Shown here: piece by piece, positions 13,201 through 24,426 of the stretch | How positions within the stretch are numbered: the stretch's first letter is position 1 | Layout of the letters: each line of letters opens with the position of its first letter | NCBI GenBank assembly: GCA_963833985.1 | Contig: CAWIAD010000001.1 | Location: 1,696,001-1,760,000, forward strand | Source: an uncultured Planctomycetaceae bacterium | GTDB lineage: Bacteria > Planctomycetota > Planctomycetia > Isosphaerales > Isosphaeraceae | DNA: 64,000 nucleotides | Reading direction: 5' to 3' | Made by a program: the position numbers and the translations under genes | The notes under the pieces: model-generated | Told to the model about the DNA's origin: nothing | The model's input: the letters and a program-made list of their open reading frames with translations, nothing else | Database searches by the model: none

Positions 13201-15795
13201 GGCCTGGCGCTCGTGGGCCCCGATGCGGGCAACTATGTACTGAGCGCCACCTCGACAACCGCGACGGCCACGGTCTCGGCCAGGGAGCTCACGGGCAGCA
13301 TCACCGCGCAGAACAAGCCGTACGATGAGACCGATGCCGCGACCATCGCCACGCGCACGCTGGAAGGAGCCGTCCCCGGCGACGACGTGAGTTACGCCGG
13401 CGGCACGGCCACGTTCGATTCCATCCACGTCGGCACCGGCATTCCCGTGACCGCGACGGGACTGAGCCTTGCCGGAGCGGACGCGGGGAACTACTCGGTC
13501 AACACCACCGCGGCAACCACGGCGGACATCACCCTGCGCACCTTGACGATCACGCCCAACGCGGTCGTCAAGGTCTACGGCAATACCGTGACCTTCGCCG
13601 GCACCGAGTTCTCGGTGGAGGGACTGCTCTCCGACGACACCGTCACGAGCGTGACGCTCACGAGCAATGGAGCGGGCCCCGCAGCGACGGTCCTGGGCTC
13701 GCCGTACGCAATCAACTCCAGCGATGCCCAGGGCACCGGACTGGATGACTACGACATCCAGTACCTCGCTGGCACTCTCAATGTCACTCCCCGGACGCTG
13801 GCGGTCACAGCCACCGGGATCGACCGGGTGTACGACGGTACGGTCAACGCGGCCGTCATCTTGACCGGCAACCCGATCAGCGGCGACGACGTCACCGTGG
13901 CATGTACTTCGTCATCGTTTGCCGACAAGAACGTCGGCACAGGCAAGGAGATCACGGTCCAGGGACTCTCGCTGCTGGGCACCGCAGCGCCGAACTATGT
14001 CCTGCTGTCGCAGACCGCAGTCGGCAGCGCGACCATCACGCCGCGGACGATGCAAGTCACAGCGACGGGAGAGAACAAGGTCTACGACGGTTCGATGACC
14101 GCATCCGTGAGCCTGATAGGTGATCCTCTCGAGGGCGACGCCGTTACACTTGGCTATGGCCTGGCCAGCTTCGACAGCAAGGACGTCGGCAACGACCGGC
14201 AGGTTGTCGTCGCGGATATCGCCATGGGAGGCGCGGACGCGGGGAACTACAGCCTCGAGTCGACCGAGGCCACGACGACGGCGTCCATCACGGCTCGCCC
14301 GGTGACCGTGTCGGCTCTGCCCGAAACCAAGGTGTACGGAACGCCTGATCCCACGCTCGCCTATGATGTTACCAGTGGCTCGGTGGTTGCCGGCGACACG
14401 TTCAGCGGCGCGCTCACACGCACGCCAGGTGAAAGCGTTGGCGTCTATCCCATTCTGGTCGGTTCGCTCACTCTTGGTGCCAACTACGACATGGGATACG
14501 TCGGGGCTCTGTTCACGATCACTGCCTCGACCACTGGCCAGGTCACGACGTCTCACTCACAGTCCTACTTCGGCCAGCAGGTTGCCTTCACCGCGCAGTT
14601 CACCGCTCCTCAGAACGCATCCTTTTCCATGACAGGTACGGTGGCCTTTTACGATGGCCTGACCTACCTGGGGACGTCGACGCTGATCAGCAACGGCAAC
14701 CCGCTCGCGGCAAGCCTTCCTGGGGCAGCCACGCCGGACAACTTCACCACCATGGCGTCGGGAACCGCCCTGCTGCCGACCAGCGATCTTGCTGTCGGCG
14801 GCCACATCATCCGGGCTGTCTATTCCGGTGACACACACTACTCAGGGGCCGTGTCGGAGACCCCGGTCAACGTCCAGGTGATTGCCGCAACCACCACAAC
14901 GGGACTCACCGCGGTTCCCTCGGCGCAGGGGACATTCCTGAACGCCAGCGTGGTCGTGACGTCCCCCGGCAACCCGGCGCTCACGGGACTGGTAGCGTTC
15001 TACGAGGGGACCACACTCCTCGGCACCGCGCCTCTCGTCAATGGCATGGCCAGCCTGAGGGTCACCGGACTCACTCCCGGCACGCATTCCTTCGCCGCCG
15101 TCTACTCGGGCAGTGAGTCCTCGTCGTCGAGCACGACGAGCACCCAGGTCTCGACGGACGGACCCAGGGTGATCGGTGTGAGCCGTTACGGCATCCATAC
15201 CAGCCCCACGGTCCTGTTGCTGACCTTCGACGGAGCACTCGATCCTGCCAGGGCGCAAAACCCCGCGAATTACCAGATTGTCGACAGCCAGGGGGCACGC
15301 ATCCCGGTGACGAGTGCTGTCTACGATCCGCTGACCAGGAGCGTGCAACTCCACCTTGCGAGGCAGTTATGCCTGTATCGGACCTACACTCTCAGAGTGA
15401 ACGGTTCGTCCGCGGGCGGCCTGACCGGGAGCACGGGCATCCCTCTGGACGGGACCGGGCAGAATCAGCCTGGCACTGATTTCGTCACGCACATCAACTG
15501 GCGCTGCCTGAGCCTGCCGGGACAGGCGCCTGCGGTTACCTTTACCAACGGGGTTCCGCAAACTTACGCTGGCCGGTTCAAAGTGTATGTCGGCTCGATC
15601 CTCCGGGCCATGCGGGGAACCGCGTCGCGCGTCGTGGTGAAGCCTTCAGCGGCACCCAGGCCGCTCGCCCGCCCCGTCGCCCTGGCGAAGCCGTCCGCTC
15701 GCCCGAAGCTGAGCCCGCGCCCGCTCCGCGCCGGCGATGAACAAGGCTTCAAGGGCCGCGCTGCGACGTTGCTGGCTCAATCGTTGAAGCTCTGA
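7242..15795 (+). CDS. Giant surface adhesin: LEPR-xLL-like leader, passenger-strand region, Ig-like, many YDG and MBG repeats (frameshift near 7509)
   Basis: MFHRQP...YLEALEPKIAPATFTWTG leader in ORF 7218..8048; 2771-aa ORF with repeated K(V/T)YDGT..A and K(T/V)YG modules; planctomycete-type C-terminal GPRV...LDG..GTDF domain. Confidence 0.85.
10155..13764 (+). repeat. Near-identical ~517-bp intragenic direct repeat (10155-10671 and 13248-13764)
   Basis: Both copies start CACCTCGACAACCGCGACGGCC and end ACATCCAGTAC; offset 3093 bp, in frame. Confidence 0.9.
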
Positions 15796-16577
15796 ACTTC
15801 AAAATATGTGAACCCAAAGTCACCATGGGTATCGCCGACACCGTAGTTGAAGCCCATGCCCGGATTGCCCTCGGCATACGTCTCGTCCCGGGCCGAGATG
15901 ACCTCCACGCCGTTGATGTACCCCTTGATCACAGGCCCAACCACGGTTGCCCTGACCAGATCCCCATCCTTCACACCGTACTGCGTACCGGTCAGCTTCT
16001 TCAGAGAGGTCCAGTCGCCGACCTTCCCGTTCCATCGGACGATCTGTGCGTACGCGTTTGAGGTCTTCAAACACCGCCAGAACACCTCGTACCCGGTGCA
16101 GCGATGCGGCGCGATCTTGCTGCGCAGGCGGATCTCAACCTCCTGGTAGTACTTCTCTGTCTGGTTCTTGCTGAAGACACGCGCGGAGACTGTTTGATTC
16201 TTGCCCCAGGTGCCTGCCAGCAGGGCGGTCGGATCGGTGTAGTCGCCCGTGCTGACGGCTCCGTGAGCCAGTCCTTTGCGGGTGACGACGTTGAACCAGT
16301 CGGTTCCGTCGCTGCCGCCGTTGATCCACTGGCCTCCCTCCGAGATCGGATCCTCGTCATGCCGGAAGGTGGTCGCGTACGACCGAACCGGGCCTCGTGT
16401 CCTTGCTTGCTGGGCAGTCATCTCCGTCGGAGCCAGCAGCATGAGCAGCACGGCGCAGAGGCGAAGCCGCCGGGCGAGACGGAGAGCCGTGAGCGCTGCG
16501 CGGGTACTGGACGGCGGCTGCATGCTGGACGACCCCCTCGGAACGTTGTACCCGGCTGGACCATTGTCATACGTCAT
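15777..16577 (-). CDS. Hypothetical secreted beta-rich protein; start uncertain
   Basis: 266-aa ORF with signal-like segment and natural composition; no family recognised. Confidence 0.6.
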   Translation of the reverse strand: MTYDNGPAGYNVPRGSSSMQPPSSTRAALTALRLARRLRLCAVLLMLLAPTEMTAQQARTRGPVRSYATTFRHDEDPISEGGQWINGGSDGTDWFNVVTRKGLAHGAVSTGDYTDPTALLAGTWGKNQTVSARVFSKNQTEKYYQEVEIRLRSKIAPHRCTGYEVFWRCLKTSNAYAQIVRWNGKVGDWTSLKKLTGTQYGVKDGDLVRATVVGPVIKGYINGVEVISARDETYAEGNPGMGFNYGVGDTHGDFGFTYFEVQSFND

Positions 16578-16636
16578 GTTACTTCAGCCTGGATGCCCAC
16601 TCTCGAACCACGCGCGCCATCTCATCGAAGACGTCC

Positions 16637-17257
16637 TCATCGCTGCTGCGCAGTCCGTTTCAGGATGTGAAATCCGTGATCGGCCGTGTCCAGGATGTGC
16701 AGCGTCGCACCTTTGCCGAGCTTCCGGCAAACGGGCTCGAGCCGCTCGAGCGTGGCAAGCTCATCGCGACTGCCGCTCAGAAAGAGCATCGGTACCGTGA
16801 CGTCTGCAAGATGCTCCGCGCGCTTCGTGTCTGGCTTCCTGGGTTGATGCAGGGGGAAGGAGAAGAAGACCAGGCCGCGGACGCATTCCAGCGGAGACTC
16901 CGCGGCTGCCGTGGATGTCATCCGCCCGCCGAACGAGTGCCCTCCGGCAAGGAGCGGCAGGTCCATGGCCGCGCTGTGCGCTGCGGCCACCGCGGACCGT
17001 ACCGTCGCGGTGCAGACGTCCCTGGAATCACGCCCTCTCCCGTGCTCCATGTAGGGAAAGTTGTAACGAAAGGTCGCGATACCCACCTCGGCCAGCCTCG
17101 CGGCGATCGTCTCGAGGGTTGCATGCCGCATGTTGGTGCTGGCCCCATGGCCGAGCACCAGCAGATGGCTGGATCCATCCGGCCGCAGCAGCAGAGCGGA
17201 CACTTCGCCCTTTTCCGGCGCGGCGAGGAACTTCATCTCCCTGGGTTGACTGGCCAT
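16637..17257 (-). CDS. Alpha/beta hydrolase family protein
   Basis: LGHGAS, GGHSFGGR nucleophile elbow, GSRDELA, ADHGFH. Confidence 0.85.
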   Translation of the reverse strand: MASQPREMKFLAAPEKGEVSALLLRPDGSSHLLVLGHGASTNMRHATLETIAARLAEVGIATFRYNFPYMEHGRGRDSRDVCTATVRSAVAAAHSAAMDLPLLAGGHSFGGRMTSTAAAESPLECVRGLVFFSFPLHQPRKPDTKRAEHLADVTVPMLFLSGSRDELATLERLEPVCRKLGKGATLHILDTADHGFHILKRTAQQR

Positions 17258-17411
17258 TGTGACGCGATCCCCGAGCCAAGCCGTTCGTGTCTGCCGGTAC
17301 GTTGGACGCTCCCAGCCCATGCCCGCAAGGTGCCTACCCTGGAGCTCGACCGCGGACGCGTTGCCAGCGGTCCGGTCAGTCTCATTTTCAGTCTCATCCT
17401 CGGTCTCAGTC

Positions 17412-18653
17412 TCAGGGGGCGACCCGGGAAGTTTCCGGGCGCTCCTCGGTCAGTGCAATGTGTTGCTCGCTCGCGCTGGCCGCAGAGTAGCTGGTCCCGC
17501 GCCAGGTCACACGGCCGGTCAGGCACATCCAGGCGGCACGAACCAGGATGTAATCGATCACCACGTTACCCACGGGGAACCAGGCTGTGTAGCGGGAGCG
17601 GGGCACGGACGTATGGTAGACCATGCGGAAGACCGGGTACATCAGGACGTGATGCAGAACGGAGAGCCCCAGCAGCCAGCGGGGGAACGGGCCGGGGGAG
17701 CCGGAGAGCAGAAGCACGATCGCAACCACCAGCGCCACCTGGCCGCTCTGACAGAAGATGATCGGGTCGAGCAACCGGCCGGCCAGCCGCCAGGCCTTGC
17801 GGTCGAGGGCATCGAAGAGGATGCGGCTCCAGCCGCGCGTGAGCTGCCCCAGCGAGGCGTACATCCGGCAGGTGACCAGGTCGCGGACCAGCACAGTGCG
17901 GATCGGCAGGCCGAGCGCCTTGACCTTGGTGGCCATGCCGATGTCTTCGACGAACCGGTCGCGGACCGCGGAATGGCCCCCGGCCGATTCGTAGGCGGCC
18001 CTCTGGACGACAATCGTCTGGCCGTTGGCGAAGGCCAGCTTGCATCCGTCGTTGTTCACCCGGTGCAGGGGGAACGACTGCATGAGCACGATCCCGCCCA
18101 GTGGCTGCACGACCTGCTCCCAGAAAGTCTCGCAGCGCAGTTCCGGCAAGAGGCTCACCAGGGAAGCCGGCTGGGAGCGGGCGTATTCCATGATCACGCT
18201 CAAGAACTCCGGAGCGTAGGCGGTGTCCGCGTCAAGGAACCAGAACCACTCCCCAGATGCCTGGTTCGCCGCCTGCTGCAAGACGTAGGTCTTGCCCGTC
18301 CAGCCGGGCGGCAGATGGTCGTTGGAGAGCACGCGAACGCGCGGGTCGTGGTCGGCGAAGTCCTGCGCGATCTGCGGGGTCCGGTCCTGGCTGCGGTCGT
18401 CGATGACCAGGATCTCCAGGTTGGGATAGTTCTGGCGGCACACTGAACCAAGGCACTCCGCCAGCGAGGCTTCCTCGTCCTTGGCCGGGATGATGGCCGA
18501 CACCCGCGGGGGATCGGCCGCGTTCAGCCGGGGTGAGCGCGACGAGAGCACTGGCGAGAGACCCAGGATATACCGCAGTATCAAGTAACGGGCCGGCCAG
18601 AGGGCGACAATCGCGGCGTAGATGAGCAGGATCGTGGTCTGCGCGTGGGTCAT
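17412..18653 (-). CDS. Family 2 glycosyltransferase, membrane-bound
   Basis: IIPAKDEE, DDRSQD, WTGK, FLDAD, ANGQ, VEDI; C-terminal TM helices. Confidence 0.85.
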   Translation of the reverse strand: MTHAQTTILLIYAAIVALWPARYLILRYILGLSPVLSSRSPRLNAADPPRVSAIIPAKDEEASLAECLGSVCRQNYPNLEILVIDDRSQDRTPQIAQDFADHDPRVRVLSNDHLPPGWTGKTYVLQQAANQASGEWFWFLDADTAYAPEFLSVIMEYARSQPASLVSLLPELRCETFWEQVVQPLGGIVLMQSFPLHRVNNDGCKLAFANGQTIVVQRAAYESAGGHSAVRDRFVEDIGMATKVKALGLPIRTVLVRDLVTCRMYASLGQLTRGWSRILFDALDRKAWRLAGRLLDPIIFCQSGQVALVVAIVLLLSGSPGPFPRWLLGLSVLHHVLMYPVFRMVYHTSVPRSRYTAWFPVGNVVIDYILVRAAWMCLTGRVTWRGTSYSAASASEQHIALTEERPETSRVAP

Positions 18654-19150
18654 GGCGTGAGCTTTCCGTGCAAGGCCATGGGTGGTCCGAGATCCTCGAG
18701 CTCGCGACCGCGCGGATAGGCCAGGATGCCCAGCACCAGCGCGGCGAGCCAGAACGGCAGGATGGCCTCGAGCCGGGGAGAAACGACCCAGCCGTAGACC
18801 AGCCCCAGGGGTGCGGCGACTGCGCCGATCGCCGCGGGAATGACGTGCCCCCAGAAGAACCGGGGGCCGCGAGCAAGGGGGTCGCGCAGCCGCGACCGCC
18901 GACCGAGCACGCGGCGCGTCAACGTGCTGGCCACGAAGATCACGAACAGGCCCAGCAGCAGCCCCTGCTTCCACGCATCCGGAGCCGGTACGACGGCCCC
19001 GGCCATTCTGCGCCGCAGCAAAGCGCCCGAGAGCGCGACCACCGCGCCGACGCCCAGCAGGATGTTGAGCACCGCCGACCTGGTCCTCCGCAAGCAGTTC
19101 AGCGCCGCCGGATCCAGGGTCTCCTCGGCTGTTTCATCGGGGCTGGGCAT
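18650..19150 (-). CDS. Hypothetical membrane protein
   Basis: Four hydrophobic segments; 4-bp overlap with the GT2 start. Confidence 0.65.
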   Translation of the reverse strand: MPSPDETAEETLDPAALNCLRRTRSAVLNILLGVGAVVALSGALLRRRMAGAVVPAPDAWKQGLLLGLFVIFVASTLTRRVLGRRSRLRDPLARGPRFFWGHVIPAAIGAVAAPLGLVYGWVVSPRLEAILPFWLAALVLGILAYPRGRELEDLGPPMALHGKLTP

Positions 19151-19703
19151 CCGCGATGGGCCCTCGCGTGGAATGGAGCCGGCGGTAGAGTCCGACGATC
19201 AGCTCGGCCTGGCCGATGGGCTGGCCGGTCCGGTTCGCAATCTCTTCCGGAGGCGCGCCGGCGGCCGCCAGCGTCCAGGCGAGCCCGTGCCGTTCACCCA
19301 GCGCGGACTCGGCTGCCTCGCCGGGCGGCTCCAGGTCGGTGCCCATGTCCGGAACGGTGATGAGCGTGACCCTCTCCGCAACAGTTCGCTGGCCGCCGGC
19401 AGCCACAGCCGCGGCCGCGCGCTCCGCCGGATCACGTCGAATCCTTCTCGGCTCCAGCTTTTCAGGCGGTGTCAGACGGGGAGAAGGCGTCGCGCCGGCT
19501 TCGCGCTCGCGCTCGGCCATGCGCGTCTCGATCTTCAGGAGGCGGCTGCCGAGAGCCTCGATCTGCTGGCCGAGTTCCCGTCGCAATCGGCTCTGCTGGC
19601 GGTGCATCCGCGTGAGCACCGCGGCGATGCCCGCGAGCCCCGCGCCGCCGAGCAGGACCACGACGAGGCTGGCAAGCCAATAGGACTGCGGTTCCGCTGG
19701 CAT
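19134..19703 (-). CDS. Hypothetical protein, N-terminal TM, coiled coil, C-terminal HTH-like (DUF2802-like)
   Basis: EEIANRTGQPIGQAELIVGL C-terminal motif; operonic spacing. Confidence 0.55.
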   Translation of the reverse strand: MPAEPQSYWLASLVVVLLGGAGLAGIAAVLTRMHRQQSRLRRELGQQIEALGSRLLKIETRMAEREREAGATPSPRLTPPEKLEPRRIRRDPAERAAAAVAAGGQRTVAERVTLITVPDMGTDLEPPGEAAESALGERHGLAWTLAAAGAPPEEIANRTGQPIGQAELIVGLYRRLHSTRGPIADAQPR

Positions 19704-19795
19704 TCTCAGGTTCCCTTCCCTGGTCGTTCGGCCCGATCGTCTGGCGTTCGAGGCTCGTCAGGCTGCCGGCGCTCCGACCGGCGCCAGGAGTCTCC

Positions 19796-21037
19796 CTAAT
19801 GCGTATGGGGGTGATGAGAATGCGGCTCGGCCACGGCCTGCGGCTCGCTGGCCTGCGGCTGCGTCGTCTTTCCCACCTGCTCCGCGTAGGCCGCATGGGC
19901 CGCGTCGTAGACCTCGCGCAGGGCTACGCCCTGGGTCGAGGCCATTCGTGCGCAGTCGTCGAATTCAGGGCTGAAAGTCGGCGGTCGATTCTCCAGCCAG
20001 CCCAGCTTGCCCCGAACCGTTCCGAAGCGGGTCTGGACCTCGGTGCCTTGCCGCTTCAGCTTGTGCCGGCTCACCGGGTAGCGCCGGATGCCCAGCGTGC
20101 CGGTCTCGCGGAAGATGATCTCTTCCAGCGCGGGGATCATGGCCTCGTCGCAGAGGGCACTGATGATCACGCCGGGCCGGTTCTTCTTCATCTGGATGGG
20201 CGTGACGAAGGCGTCGAGGGCGCCGGCTTCCATCAGCTTGATCATCGTGTAGCCAACGACCTCGCCGGGCAGGTCATCGAGGTTGGTCTCCAGCACCCAC
20301 ACCCGGTCGCTGGCGGGGGGCAGCTCGGCCGACCCCACGAAGAGCCGCAGGATGTTGGCCTGCTCCGGCAGGTCGCGTGATCCTGCGCCCAGTCCGATGC
20401 TGTCGATGGTGAGGGCCGGCAGCGGGCCGAACTTCTCCACCACGGTGGTGAGGATGGCCGCTCCGGTGGGCGTGGTCAGCTCCATCTCGACCATCGACTC
20501 GGCCAGTGGCACGCCCCTGAGGATCTCGGCAGTGGCGGGGGCGGGCAGGGGCATGCGGCCGTGCGCCGCCTTGATCCAACCCTTCCCCGGCGGCACCGGG
20601 CTGGCCTCGAAACGGTCCGCGCCCAGCAGATCAAGACCCACGGCCGAGCCGACGATGTCGATGATCGAATCGACCGCGCCGACTTCGTGAAAATGGATCC
20701 TGGAAATGTCGACGCCGTGCACCCGCGCCTCGGCCTCCCCCAGCCGCAGGAAGATGCGCCGGGCGAGCTCTTTTTGCCTGGCGGTCAGGTTACCGGTATC
20801 GATGATGGCCTCGATATGGTGCCAGTGCCGGTGCGCATGCTCATGCGGGGCGTGGACTTTCGCCTGGGTGGCGCGAAAGCCTCCCTTCTTCACCGTCTCG
20901 AAGCTCACATGCCCGGGCAGCCCAAGGCTGGAGACGGCCTCCTGGATGGCCCGGGGATCGACCCCGGCGTCGACCAGGGCGCCAAGCGTCATATCGCCCG
21001 AGATCCCGCTGAAACAATCGAAGTAGGCGATGCGCAC
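19796..21037 (-). CDS. larC: Nickel pincer cofactor biosynthesis protein LarC
   Basis: YFDCFSGISGDMTLGAL, HFHEVGAVDSIID, PAPAT, ELTTPTGAA, ETNLDD, MKKNRPG; GTG start. Confidence 0.92.
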   Translation of the reverse strand: MRIAYFDCFSGISGDMTLGALVDAGVDPRAIQEAVSSLGLPGHVSFETVKKGGFRATQAKVHAPHEHAHRHWHHIEAIIDTGNLTARQKELARRIFLRLGEAEARVHGVDISRIHFHEVGAVDSIIDIVGSAVGLDLLGADRFEASPVPPGKGWIKAAHGRMPLPAPATAEILRGVPLAESMVEMELTTPTGAAILTTVVEKFGPLPALTIDSIGLGAGSRDLPEQANILRLFVGSAELPPASDRVWVLETNLDDLPGEVVGYTMIKLMEAGALDAFVTPIQMKKNRPGVIISALCDEAMIPALEEIIFRETGTLGIRRYPVSRHKLKRQGTEVQTRFGTVRGKLGWLENRPPTFSPEFDDCARMASTQGVALREVYDAAHAAYAEQVGKTTQPQASEPQAVAEPHSHHPHTH

Positions 21038-21302
21038 TCCTGAACCCCTTGCGCGGAGGCCACAATGGCGACACGAGCCCATTCTAACCAACCTGGCCGC
21101 CCGGGCAAAGGCGGGGTGAGCGGCCATCCCTGCGTGCGCTTCTCCGGTGGGTCGCGCCGCCGGCCGCCAGCACAGCGCTCGTCCGAGATTGCGGACGAAC
21201 CGTCAGGGACCATCGTCACATCCCTGTCCTCTTTCAGTTTACGGCCCTATCGGCGGACGTCCCGGTTCCTAAATAGAAGCTTGGAAACGGGAAAGTGTGG
21301 CC

Positions 21303-21341
21303 CAGCCGCCCTCGGCTGGGAACGACAGCCGAGGGCGGCTG
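21303..21341. repeat. REP-like GC-rich hairpin at the left edge of the RM island
   Basis: CAGCCGCCCTCGGCTG-ggaacga-CAGCCGAGGGCGGCTG, perfect 16-bp stem. Confidence 0.6.
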
Positions 21342-21584
21342 CCCCACTTTCCAGGTGGTGTGGACCGATTTAGACGGCCAGGACTCCCCGCATCCCCGCG
21401 AACACGAGCGGGAGAGCCGGATCGGAACCAGAGCGGCTCGGGAATTCCTTTCACGAGCCATTGGACCCTCGGTCGGCACGACTTTAGAATAGTCCGCGGT
21501 AGCTTGCACTCATCATGGCGGCTCGGCTGGCTCAGGCTTCTCGTCAGGCCATTGAGAAGTGGCGTGGACCTCGGGTTCCAAGTA

Positions 21585-24426
21585 ATGACCCCCGAAGATC
21601 TCGCTCGAAAAAACATCGATCGCCAGCTCGCGCAGTGCGGCTGGCTCGTGCAGAATCGCGATGCGATGAACATCTCCGCTGCGCTTGGGGTGGCCGTGCG
21701 CGAGTTTGTCATGCGGACCGGCGAGGTCGATTATCTGCTGTACGCGGGCGGGAAGGCCGTCGGGGTCGTGGAGGCCAAGCCAGGGGGGCATACGCTCACC
21801 GGGGTGGAGGGGCAGTCGTCCAAGTACTCCGGCGCGCTGCCCTCTGGCGTGCCCAACTGGGGAGCGCCTCTGCCGTTCGCTTACGAGAGCACCGGCACCG
21901 TCACCCAGGTCACGAAGCTGCTGGAGCCCGACGCCCGCAGCCGGGAGGTCTTCACGTTCCACCGACCCGATGAGCTGCTCCGGCTGGTGAAGCTTGACGC
22001 CCAGGTGCGGGGCAGACTCAAGGCCCTGGCGCCGATCGACGCCGCGAATCTCTGGAACGTTCAGCGCCAGGCGATCGAGAACCTGGAGCAGTCGCTCGCC
22101 CGGAACCGCCCGCGCTCGCTCATCCAGATGGCCACCGGGTCGGGCAAGACCTTCACAGCCGTCAACACCGCCTACCGGCTCATCAAGTTCGGCGGGGCGA
22201 AGCGAGTGCTCTTCCTCGTCGATCGCAGCAACCTCGGGCGCCAGACCTACCGCGAATTCCAGCAATTCGTGAGCCCGGTGAACGCCTACAAGTTCACCGA
22301 CGAGTACCACGTTCAACTGCTGAACTCGAACACGATCGCCCCGACGAGCAAGGTCGTCATCACCACGATCCAGCGCCTTTACTCGACCCTCAAGGGCGAG
22401 GAGTCGTTCGACGAGGCCGCCGACGAGCAATCTCAATTCGAGCTCGCCACCAGCCTGGTCAAGGAACCGCTGCCGGTCGTCTACAACGAGCGAATCCCGA
22501 TCGAGACCTTTGATTTCGTCATCGTCGATGAGTGCCACCGCTCGATTTACAACCTCTGGCGCCAGGTGCTCGACTACTTCGACAGCTTCCTGATCGGCCT
22601 GACCGCCACGCCGACAAGGCAGACCATCGGCTACTTCAACAACAACCTCGTGATGGAATACGGCCACGAACAGGCCGTCGCGGACGGCGTGAACGTCGGC
22701 TTCGATGTCTACCGCATCCGCACCCAGATCACCGAGCAGGGGGCGACCCTTGAGAGCGAACCCGGAAAGTTCATCCCGCGCCGCGATCGACGCACCCGCG
22801 CGAAGCGTTACGCGGAGCTGGATGACGACTTGACCTACACGGCCGGCCAGCTCGACCGGGACGTGGTTGCCGAGGACCAGATCCGCCTCGTGGTTCGCAC
22901 GTTCAAGCAGCGCCTGTTTACCGAGATCTTTCCCGGCCGTACCGAGGTGCCGAAGACGCTCGTCTTCGCCAAGGATGACAGCCATGCCGACGACCTCACC
23001 CGCATCTTCCGGGAAGAGTTCGGCAAGGGGAACGAGTTCGTCCAGAAGATCACCTACCGCACCGGCTTCATTCCGGTCGAGCGCGAGGTCAAGAAGGCCG
23101 ACGGGACGACCGTGAAGGTGAAGGACTGGAAGAAGGTCTCCGACGCCAAGCCCGAGGAGATTCTCCAGGGGTTCCGGAACTCGTACAATCCCCGGATCGC
23201 CGTCACGGTGGATATGATCGCTACCGGCACGGACGTGAAGCCGCTGGAATGCCTGGTCTTCATGAGGAACATCAAGAGCGCTGCGTATTTCGAGCAGATG
23301 AAGGGCCGGGGCGTGCGGGTGGTCGACGTGAACTCGCTGCGGAGCGTCACGCCCGACTCGACCGCCAAGACGCACTTCGTCATCGTCGACGCGGTGGGCG
23401 TTTCCGAGCAGGGCAAGTCCGAGACGAAGCCGCTCGACCGCCAGCCTTCGGTGCCGCTCGACAAGGTTCTTGGCCTGGTTGCCTCGGGCGTCGCATCGCC
23501 CGAGGTCGTCTCGACCCTCGCCGCCCGGCTGACCCGCCTGGATCGCCAGTTGAACGACGGTGAACGCGAGCTGCTTGGTCAGCAGGCAGGCGGCCAGGCA
23601 CCGGCCCAGCTCGCCGCGAACCTGCTGCGCAGCCTTGACCCCGATGCCCAGGCGGCAAAGGCAAGCGAGGTCTTCGCGCTGGCCCCGGGTCAGGAGCCAA
23701 CCGAGGGGCAGCTCGACGACGTGCAGGAGACGATGACCGCCGAGGCGTTGAAGCCGTTCCACAACCCGAAGCTGCGCGAGCTGCTCCTCAACCTCAAGCG
23801 AAACCACGAGCAGGTCATCGACGAGATCTCGCAAGATGCGCTGCTCCAGGCAGGGTTTGATGCGGCCGCCCTGGAAAAAGCGCAGGCGCTCATCAAGAGC
23901 TTCAAGGACTTCATCGAGGGCCACAAGGACGAGCTTGAAGCCATCCAGATCCTCTACAGCCGCCCGCACCGCGAGGGTCTTCGGTTCCGCCACGTCAAGG
24001 ACCTTGCCGCGGCGCTCAAGAACCCACCCCTGGCGGCGACACCGGAGCGGGTCTGGCAAGCCTACGAGGCAACAGAGCCTCAGGCGGTGAAGGCGAAGGG
24101 CGGCAAAGACGTGGTGGACCTGATCGCCCTGGTGCGCCACGCCCTCGACCCGCAGGAGCCCCTTGTCCCCCTACTCCAGCACGGTGCAGGAGCGTTACGA
24201 TCAGTGGCTCGCCGAGCAGGCACGGAAGGGCACCGTCTTCACCGAAGAGCAGCGCCACTGGCTTGACGCCATCAAGGATCACATCGCCAAGAGCCTGCGC
24301 ATCGACGAGGACGATTTCGACGAGGTCCCCTTCAACACGATCGGCGGCCTGGGTCGGGTCCACGACCTTTTCGGGGAGCGCTTGCCGGTGATCCTTGACG
24401 AGCTGAATAGGAGGCTGGCGGCGTGA
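21585..24426 (+). CDS. hsdR: Type I restriction subunit R (frameshift in C-run near 24170)
   Basis: VDYLL..VVEAK nuclease motif, MATGSGKT, DECHR, GLTATP, DMIATGTDV, QMKGRG; C-terminal domain continues in ORF 24163..24426. Confidence 0.9.

Noticed and set aside
17377..17412. Three degenerate 12-bp tandem units (CAGTCTCA...)
   Set aside because: Short low-complexity intergenic repeat with no supportable function
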